DNA of 64,000 nucleotides, taken from the IMG/VR virus record IMGVR_UViG_3300034122_000710; one strand, given 5' to 3'. This stretch comes from an uncultured virus (IMG/VR IMGVR_UViG_3300034122_000710) (taxonomy: Duplodnaviria > Heunggongvirae > Uroviricota > Caudoviricetes). Positions 42,086 to 51,100 of this stretch are shown here, in pieces. The position numbers and the translations under genes were made by a program. Every line of letters begins with the position of its first letter. The stretch's first letter is position 1. The notes under the pieces were generated by a model. The model saw only the letters and a program-made list of their open reading frames with translations, searched no databases and had not been told where the DNA came from.

Positions 42086-44965
42086 ATGGAACCGCTAGAT
42101 TTCTTAGCGGCGGTTTTGCCGTCTCCGGGTCACGGGTATTACTGTGCGGCAGAACTCTCCTCACCCAAGAAACAGCACGTCTTCACCGAAGACTTGGCTG
42201 AGATACCCACACACGCACGAAGCTGGCTTGAGGGGCAGCAGGATGTGTATTTCGCGCTTGCTACGTTTGCGGATCGGGGTAAGCGCACCGCCGACAACGC
42301 CGAGTACATCAAGTCCCTGTTCATCGACATGGACGGGTACGACAGCCGCGAGGCTGCGCAAGCTGCACTTGATGCGTTCCTAGCCGATACTGGGCTGGAC
42401 GCCTATGGCAACCCGTGGGTCGTCGCTTCTGGCGGCGGGCTGCACTGCTACTGGCCATTCGACAAACCCCTGACTGTGGCCCAGTGGAAGCCCATCGCGG
42501 AGGCGTTCAAGCGCCTGTGCAAGCAACGCTCCCTGGCCATCGACAACACGGTCACGGCAGACGCCGCCCGGGTGCTGCGCATCCCTGGCACCAAGAACTT
42601 CAAGAAGAAATACGGCGAGCCCAGGCCGGTGGAAGTCCTGTCGCAAGGCGCGGCGGTCCTCGATGCTGACGAGTTCTTCGCCAAGCTCAGCAGCCTGTTG
42701 GGCACAGCCGTGCCCACCCCCGCACCCCTGATTGATCTCCCAGGCAAGCGCCCAATCAACGCCACCAAGACGGGCGTGCAGATGCTGGCCAACAGCGTCG
42801 TGCGTTTCGGCACGATCATGAAGCGCACCAGTAGCGGAGACGGCTGCGCGCAGTTGGCCCACTACGTGGAGAACGCTGAAGACGACGGCATGGAGCCGCT
42901 GTGGCGCGGGCTGCTGAGTCAGGCCAAGTACTGCGCGGATGGGGACAAGGCGGCGGTCATGCTCAGCCAACTGCACCCGTACGACGAAGACCGGATGCAC
43001 GCCAAGCTGCGCGATATCAAAGGCCCCTACCCCTGCATCAAGTTCGATAGCGAAAACCCAGGCGTTTGCCAGAACTGCAAGCACTTCGGCAAGATCACCA
43101 ACCCCCTGGCCCTGGGCCGGGAGGTCATGGCTGACACGTCGGAGAAGGAACTGGAGATCACCCCGGCTGACCCGGACGATCCCGATGCGCCCACCATCAA
43201 GGTGGTGCGCCCGACGCCTCCCCGGGGATACGCCTACGGAGTCAACGGCGGCGTGTACGTGGAGAAGATGGTCGAGGACGCGGACGGGAACAAGCGCAAG
43301 CAGCAGGTCATGATCTTGCCCTACGACATGTTCGTGGTGGACATCCTGAACAAGGAGAACGAGCACACTGTTCACATGATCGCGCACCGCCCAGGCAAGC
43401 CTGCGGATGTCCTGTTCCCACAGAAGGCGTCGGTCAGCAAGGACGAGTTGATCAAGGCCCTGGCCGCGCAGAACATCATGGCCTCCTACGGGTCAGGCAA
43501 CGACAAGAACCTGTTCGAGTACGTCCGGGCCTGCGTCGAAGAGGCCAGCGTCAACAAGAAGACCGTCAAGATTCCTGGCCAGTACGGGTGGCAAGAGGAC
43601 GGCACCTTCGTCTACAGCGGCAAGATTTACCTGCAAGACGGCACCACCCGCACGGTGCCCATGCCCGACCTGCAGAACATCACCCGCATCACGCGCTCGG
43701 CGGGTAACCTGGAGAAGTGGCGGCGCTTCCCTCAGATGCTGATCAAGCGGGAGTTGTACGACCTGTTGGCGATCTCGTGCATCTCCTTCGGCGCTCCGCT
43801 CATGCGCTTCACCCAGATGCCCTGCCTGACGTTTCATGCAGGCTCAACCCAGTCGGGTACGGGTAAATCCCTAGCGCTGTCGCTGCTCAATTCGGTGTGG
43901 GGTCACCCGGTGCGATATCGCACAGGCAAAAGCACCTCCCCCGTTACGATGCAGCAGCGGATTGGCAATCTTAACTCACTCCCCTTCACATCGGACGAAA
44001 TCACGCACAAGTCGCGTCACGACATGGAGTGGTTCCCGGGCATGGTGTTCGACCTGTCCGAGGGCCAGGGCAAGGAGAAGTCAGAGGTTCACCATAACCG
44101 CGAGCGCATCAACCTCGTGTCGTGGGCGACCCTGGCGCTCTTCACGTCCAACACACACATGCAGGACTACATGGCTGGTGTGCGAGCGCACACTTCCCAA
44201 GGCGAGTTACTGCGGATGCTGGAGTGGACGCCCGAGGAGAAGCTGAACTGGACGCCTGAAGAAGAGCAGACCATCCGCGTCCTGCAGGAGAACTACGGTG
44301 TGGCCGGTGAAGCCTACGTGCGTTGGCTCGTGCAGAACCAAGAGACGGCTGAGCGCGTGACCCGGGAAACCATCGCCATGATCAAGCGCGACTGGCAGAT
44401 GACTGGTGATGAGCGTTTCTGGGCCGGTGGCTGCGGCGCGATGATCGCAAGCGCCATCCTCGTCTCGTCCAAGTACGCAGGCATCATCGACCTGCCTGTC
44501 GCGGAGATCATCAAGAGTCTCAAGCGCATGGTGGACAAGGCCCGCCGCGTGGTGCGCAACGGCGTGCGCACGGCAGAGGATGTGCTCAACGCTTTCACCC
44601 GTGACAGCTACGGTCAGTTCGTCGTGATCAAGAAGAGCGACGGCAAGGTGTTGGCTGCACTGGGCAGCGGGGAGATCATCGACCAGACGATCACGCGCAA
44701 CAAAGTCTTGGGGCGCGTGGAGCACGAGATCGAGGTAGCCGGGTACGTGGACTACTTCATCGAGGAGCAGGTCATCCGCTCACACTGCGTGGCGATGTCG
44801 TTCGGTTACGAAGACTTCAAGAAACAGTTGGAGCAGATCGACGGCTACACCGTGTCGTACATGCGCAAGGACATGATGGCCCGCACCAGAGGACCGCAGA
44901 TGCGCATCCGAGCCATGTGCATCAGGCGCAGGGTTGAGCGTGATGCTCCCGTGGAAGACGCTTGA
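42086..44965 (+). CDS. Primase-helicase (AEP-like primase N-terminus, DUF927-like region, P-loop helicase)
   Basis: FIDMD, SGGGLHCYW, D.ARVLRIPGT.N, Cys cluster, QYGW, SGTGKS, DEIT. Confidence 0.85.
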   Translation: MEPLDFLAAVLPSPGHGYYCAAELSSPKKQHVFTEDLAEIPTHARSWLEGQQDVYFALATFADRGKRTADNAEYIKSLFIDMDGYDSREAAQAALDAFLADTGLDAYGNPWVVASGGGLHCYWPFDKPLTVAQWKPIAEAFKRLCKQRSLAIDNTVTADAARVLRIPGTKNFKKKYGEPRPVEVLSQGAAVLDADEFFAKLSSLLGTAVPTPAPLIDLPGKRPINATKTGVQMLANSVVRFGTIMKRTSSGDGCAQLAHYVENAEDDGMEPLWRGLLSQAKYCADGDKAAVMLSQLHPYDEDRMHAKLRDIKGPYPCIKFDSENPGVCQNCKHFGKITNPLALGREVMADTSEKELEITPADPDDPDAPTIKVVRPTPPRGYAYGVNGGVYVEKMVEDADGNKRKQQVMILPYDMFVVDILNKENEHTVHMIAHRPGKPADVLFPQKASVSKDELIKALAAQNIMASYGSGNDKNLFEYVRACVEEASVNKKTVKIPGQYGWQEDGTFVYSGKIYLQDGTTRTVPMPDLQNITRITRSAGNLEKWRRFPQMLIKRELYDLLAISCISFGAPLMRFTQMPCLTFHAGSTQSGTGKSLALSLLNSVWGHPVRYRTGKSTSPVTMQQRIGNLNSLPFTSDEITHKSRHDMEWFPGMVFDLSEGQGKEKSEVHHNRERINLVSWATLALFTSNTHMQDYMAGVRAHTSQGELLRMLEWTPEEKLNWTPEEEQTIRVLQENYGVAGEAYVRWLVQNQETAERVTRETIAMIKRDWQMTGDERFWAGGCGAMIASAILVSSKYAGIIDLPVAEIIKSLKRMVDKARRVVRNGVRTAEDVLNAFTRDSYGQFVVIKKSDGKVLAALGSGEIIDQTITRNKVLGRVEHEIEVAGYVDYFIEEQVIRSHCVAMSFGYEDFKKQLEQIDGYTVSYMRKDMMARTRGPQMRIRAMCIRRRVERDAPVEDA

Positions 44966-45170
44966 GAAGGGGCAGGGGTTCTTCATCCCTGCCCTAGACC
45001 TCGACGCCACGCGTGAGGCGGGGCTAGTGGACGCTGTCAGGCAGCGGGTGGTGGACGCGCACGCTATGTACGCCATCCACCAGGGCATGCAGGGTGTGCT
45101 GTTTTACCGGCACACCAAGCACGTCACATCTCCCTCAACTTTGCGGCGTCCGAAGCGTCCCGCACCATAG
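44943..45170 (+). CDS. Small hypothetical protein ending the early arm
   Basis: PW..LE.GQGFFIP motif; 3' end overlaps the convergent giant gene. Confidence 0.55.
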   Translation: MLPWKTLEKGQGFFIPALDLDATREAGLVDAVRQRVVDAHAMYAIHQGMQGVLFYRHTKHVTSPSTLRRPKRPAP

Positions 45171-48100
45171 ACGACAGCTTGATCTTCACCTGCTGAATCC
45201 GATCCAACAGCGCGCGCTTCTCGTCTGGCGTCTTGTTGGATGCCCGGATGGCAGCTTCGACCTGCGTCAACTCACCCATCTCCTGTCGGTAGTAGCCCGC
45301 CAGTTCAGCACGGGCGTACTCGTTGGCACGGGCGTCGAGCAGCGCACGGGCCTCAGCCTTGTCACCCCGATTGACCAACTCGTTGAACGACGACTGAACC
45401 TTGCGCGAGTCGTCCAGGGCGTCATAGGTGCTGTTGATGACCCACCGGGCATCGTTGGGCTGGAAGGCGCTGCCAACCACCGGCATGTCGGACAGGCGCT
45501 TGGTGGCCTTCTCCGGCGTGTCCTTTGTGGGAATCGGCAGGCTTGCCGCCTGCAGCAGCGCCATACCCATCGTGCTGAAGTAGCCGCTGATGAGCGCCTC
45601 CAGTTTGATGGGGCTGACGCCCGCCGCACCACCGAAGAGCTTGGCCAGTTCGGTCGTCTTCTCGCGGTACTGATACTCCGGCAGCAGTGCCTGCTCCTTG
45701 GCCGACAGCAGCGGGCGCTCGGTAAACATCGAGTAGTTGGTCATTACCTCGATGGCGGGCTTCATGGCTTGCGGGATGAAGTAAGCAGAGCCGCCAGGGA
45801 TGGTGTTTCGCAAGATGCCGAGCAGTGCCTCCTTGGCTTGCTCCCCGCCACGCTCGTTGACGATGGTGTTGTAGAGCGCCTCGGGCAACGCCTTAAAGAT
45901 GTAGCCGATTTCAAACGGGATCGGAATGCGCAGGGGCTCCGACACGCCGGGAAGGCGGATGAACCAATTGCCGTACTTCTCAGCAGGCAGTGCGTTCTTG
46001 TATGCCTCGTCGTCCTGCATTGCGTGGGCGTAGGCCAGGGTAGCCGCCATCAGCATGGCGCCGCGCGTGATGAGCTTAGCCTTGATCCGAGCACGCTCGC
46101 CTGCCGTAATCTGGCCGAACATAGCCCGGTACAGCACGTTCAGGCCCTGCACCTGCGCGTTGAAGAACGGGTACAAGGAGTTCGCCATGTGGACACTGGG
46201 CGACGCGCCGCGCTTGTTGAAGTTCATCGACTCCAGCGAGAGCAGCGTGGCCTCCATCTCGGACATGCCCTGCTTGATGTAGCTGTTGTACTGAGCGCGG
46301 CGGGTCAAAGCGTCAGCTTCCATACCCGCCCACTCCAGCGCGCCGAGGGTCTTGGTAAGGGCTGACCGGCCCCCGACAAGATCACGCATGATCTTGCTCA
46401 GGTCTTCCTGCGTGCCCGTGAACATCTGCCCACCGGTGATGCCGCGCCGCTCAAGCGTGCCCTTGGCAGAACTCTCAATCTCACGGAGCGCGCCCAGCAC
46501 GGGCGGGAAGTCAGCACCAGACGCAATCGAAGCGGCCAGTGAGTCACGCATCAACTGACGCACCATGTACAGCGGGTTCAGTGTCACAGCGCGGCGCAGC
46601 AACTGCGTCGGAATCGTAACGGCGCGCAGGATGCCCGTGGTCTGGAGCGGGATGCCCTCCATGCCTTTGACCAGGATGTCCGCGTTGACGCCCGTGTTGA
46701 CCTTCTTACCGCCGACTTCAACAGTATCGGTTTCAAGAACCGCGTAGCGGTCTTCGCCGTTGTGCTTGAACCGCACAACCTCCGGGCCGTCAACAGGCTT
46801 GGATGTGATCTTGGCCATGCCCAGATCAAGCAACTCGAACATCGCGTTGCGAGTGGCCAGATTGCGCAGCGCCAAGTCCACCATCATATTGGTGTTCTGC
46901 ACCGAACTGATCATGAAGTCGAGGATCGGCTTATCGCCGCCCACCAACTCCTGCAGGTGCGGCATGTCCTTGACGTTGCCCAGCTTGATCGGAGTCAGCC
47001 CACCAAGCGCCAGTTCAGCAACGCCGTTGCGCTCGCGGTACCAGGGAATGTAGTCCTTGGATGCAAGCAGTGCGTCTGCGTCTTTCTTGCTCAACACGCC
47101 CGCCTTTTGGGCGAAGCGCACGAGGTTCTCGTTGTACTGGTTGTAGATATCCCGAGCGTTGTCGAAGATGTCCTGCAGCCCCTCGACAGACCTAACCTGA
47201 GCCACGGTATCCCGCAGCTTCTGCTCAGTGATCTTGGGGTCGCGCAGGTCGAGCTTGTCGAAGCCCACACGCTCAGCGCGCTTTGCGGCCAGATACAGGG
47301 TGAACAGACGGCTCGTAGCATCGACATCGCCGACAAGGCGTGCTGCACCCTTAAGCGTAGTTGCCACCTGCCGCAGGCTGGGGCCAGTCTGGCTCTCGAC
47401 AATAAACTCGCGCTCACCATCCCTACGCTGGACTTCGCGGACGTCCAGTGCGCCGTTGGCCACAGACTGCGCCGTGAAGTTCATGCGCTGGTCGTACATG
47501 CGCAGGTAGTACATCATCTGCGTACCCTTGAGCTTGTCCATGTATTTGGACAGCCGCTCGAACCCGGCAAAACGATCTACCAGACCCGTCTCCATCGCCA
47601 GACCGCTGGACTTGGCGCGGATGGGTTGCCACCAAGATTGGTTGCCCGCAACGATGCTGCGCCCGAACGCATCCGCCTCGGCCAGGGCCGGGTTCAGGTT
47701 GCGCGGACGATTGAGCATCTTCGGCGCCAACAGCGCGTTGTCAGCCTGGGTCGGACGCGGCACCTTCGTCATCAGGTTATCAACCGCAGCCAACGTGGCT
47801 TCGAGCATGTTCTCCGGCGTCTTGATGCCGAGCAGTCGCAGCAGTGCGCTCTTGAACGAGTCCCACATGTGGCGCAGCGTCCACTTCTGCTGCCGCATCT
47901 CTGCCTGCATCACGTCGTCAGACAGCGCCTCAGACGCAAACTCACTCAAAGATGTTTTGGCGTTCGCGTTTGTCGCACCGCGTAACTTCTTATACGCCTC
48001 GAAGAGTTCTTCCAGTTCCCGCTTGGCGCGGCGCTGGTCATCCGTAAGCTGGTCTTCCGGCATCTGGATGACGCGCTCGGTGGCAGCGTGGACGCCTTCG

Positions 48101-51100
48101 TGGATGAACGTGCGCTCGTTCAGACCGTACTTGGCATCCAGGCGGATGAAGGAACCGTCAGCCGCAGCCTGACCGTATGCTGCCTGCCCATCCGGGTCAC
48201 GCAGGTCTTTGACGATTTCGACGCGGGTGTTGCCCAGGAGCAGCTTCAGTCGGTCTGCAACAGCGCGGGCAATCTCGGTGCTGCCCGTATCTGCCACGTT
48301 AGCTGCAACGACCGCTGCGCTCTTCTCGCTATCAACATCTTCTTTCAGCGCAGGCCCTTGCGACGCAGTCGCAGCCAGTTGCTGCAGCGTGTCAGGTTTA
48401 TCAAACAGTGCGTCGAGGTCTTCGGTTCCGGTTTTCAGAATGCCGGTGTCCGCAACTTCTTCAGCGTCAAACTCAGCGCGCTCCTGCTCAAGCGCCTTCT
48501 CTGCCAGTTCTTCACTGGTGAGTTCTTCTTCGCCCTCTTCTTCGCGGCGCTGACGCTCGACTTCGCTTTCTTTGGTGGGCTTGCGGCTGCGACGGTAATC
48601 CGTCAGCAGCATCTGCTCCAGTTCAGTCAGCGGCTCCTTGCGCTCTTGCTTGTCGCGAGCCTGCTCAACAAGGGTGAGTTCGGCAAGTCGAGCCTTCTCT
48701 TTGGCAGTTGGCGTTTTCTTCAGAAGCGCCTGCTTTTCCCGCTTAATCCGCGCGGCCTCTGTCGTTATTGCCGTTTCTTGCCCCACGCCCTTGCTGCTGT
48801 AGCGCGTGCCCTTGGGCTTGCGCTCCTTCTCAATCTCCGACTTAGTTGTGGCGGTGATATCCAGCTTGGGCGCGCCTTCACGTGCCGCAGCCTCGGCAAG
48901 TTCTTTCTGATTCAGGACGTCCTGAATTTCCTTGAGTTCGGCTTCGGTCTTGCGCTTGCGCGGCTTGGGCGGCTCAGCGACTTCTACTTCGCCACGATCA
49001 ACCAGCCCCTTCAGCCACGCCTCACGACGCAGCATCTCAGACAGTGCTGCTTGATAGCCAACCAGACCCTTGGGCATTACCCGGGCGTTAAGCGCGTTGG
49101 TGACCGCGTCGTTGTATGCCTTCTCTAGTGCATTAACAATAGGCATCAAGTTGGCGCGAGCCTGTGACGTCTTAGCCGCACTATATGCACGCAACGCAGC
49201 TTCGTAGGGCGCTCGCTCCTTTACTCCTTCAACGGTCTGCGCACGAGCCTTGTCGTAGGCTTCCTTCAACGCCTTGGTGATCGTGGTGATGTAGGCGCGA
49301 TAGCCCTTGAGCACTTGCTGCGGATTGCCCCGCACCTGCCGCATCTCGTCGGCCAAGATAGTGGGCGTGTCGTCATCCCGTGCCGCGCGCTGTGCGTCGG
49401 TAATGGGGTCGTACGCCATTGATCGCAGGGGCTGACCAAACCGATCCACACCCTCCGGCGCTTTCTGCTGACGCTCAAGCGCAGCTTGCTGCGCAAGGTA
49501 GCCTTCGGTGCGCTTGAGATCGGCTTTGGCTCTGTCGGCGGCGTTTGCTGCGCGCCGCGCCGCCGCCTCTTGCGCGGCTGTACGCCCCTCGATGGAGCCA
49601 ATCTCTTTGGTCAGCTTGGATGCCGCCGCTTGGGCAGAACGCAGTTCTTTTTTGGCTGCGGCAAGCGCAGCGCGATCCACCGCTTCCTGGCTTTCGTACT
49701 GATAGGCTTTGAGTTCGGCGTTGGTCAAACGCGCTATTGCGTCAACACGCGCCAGTGCCGCACCAATTGCGTCGAACTGTTGGGTCAGCGCGTTGATGTG
49801 TTTGCCGACAGCGGTCTTGCCCTCTTCCGCAACAAGCTGCTCCTTGAGCAGCGACTTGTCTTTGTCAGAGATGTTGAACTTGTCGATGAAGTCCGACGCT
49901 TGATTGCGCGGAATCTTGAGTTCGACAAGCGCGGCACCCAGTTCACCCTGGCGCGCCACTGCGGTCAGCACGCTGCCAAAGTTTTCCTGCACGTTAGCCA
50001 GTTCTCTGCGCAGCGAATCGGGGTCAAGTCCGGCGCTGCCAAACTGTTTCTCGGCTGCACGCAGTTTTGCCTGCTGCTCCTCGGCAACTTTCAAGTACTC
50101 GCGGATTGCAGCGATGCGGTCGGTGATACCCGTCGTTCCTGAAACTGTAGCCGTCTCAGGAATCTCAAGGGACTCAAGCGCACTCAATTCTTTCTTGAGC
50201 GCCCGAATCTGCGTGGCAGGCAGCATCTCTGCCCGCACGGCTTCAATATCGGCAATGACCGCGTTGAGCTTGGCAATCTTCTCGTTCAGTTCGTCAAGCT
50301 GATTACGCGCCCGCCCCAACTTCTTAGCGTCGGGTTCAAACTGTTTGCGCAGACGATCAGCCTCTGCGCTGTCGAGAAATCGCTGGAACCGACCAGGGGT
50401 AGCGCGCTCGGTGACGATCTTGGCCTGCTCTTCGGGGAACAAGCTCGTCTGCCCCATCTCACCTTCGCGTCCACGCTCGGCCTGCTCCACAAACGGCTCA
50501 AGCTCGGCCTGGAGAGACAGCGGCAGCGCCTTGGTGCTGGGGCCGCGAAGAGTGCCGGGAACAAGTTGATCGCCCTCAACGCGAGTGGGCGTAAAGTCAC
50601 GTGCGGGACGCTTGGTTACTGCAGCCTTGGCCTGCGCCATTTTGCGCAAGTTCTCGGGCACTCGGCCTTCTTCAAAGTCAGCAAAAGACTCAGCACGCGC
50701 CTGCTCGGGCTTCATGCCTGCGTTGACCTTCTGCTGATACAGCGCCTGCTTTATGATGTCTTCTGCCGTAGCACTTTCAGTAGCGGCCACGTCCGCGCGG
50801 CCCTCAGCAGGGAATGCCTGCAACGTAGTCTTGCGACCTGCGCCAGGACGCGCCATGCCCTCTTCGCCGCTTTCAATACGACGAAGCTGTTCATCAAGCA
50901 GGCGGAAAAGGCTGCGTGTAGGCGCGGCTGCTTCACCTTCAGGTGTTATCTTTTTCGGACGGGTTACGTTTGCAATCTGCTCAATATCTACGAGCATTTT
51001 GAGAATCTGCTCGTCGGTTTGTTTTCCTTGCTTACCAAGATTTACCAGGGGAAGTTCTTTACCTTGCCGCACACGCACATCAGCCACGTCAGGCTTAATG

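Noticed and set aside
42124..42134. CCGGGTCACGG as a second copy of the 28523 palindrome
   Set aside because: Half-site only, inside primase coding sequence; plausible by chance.
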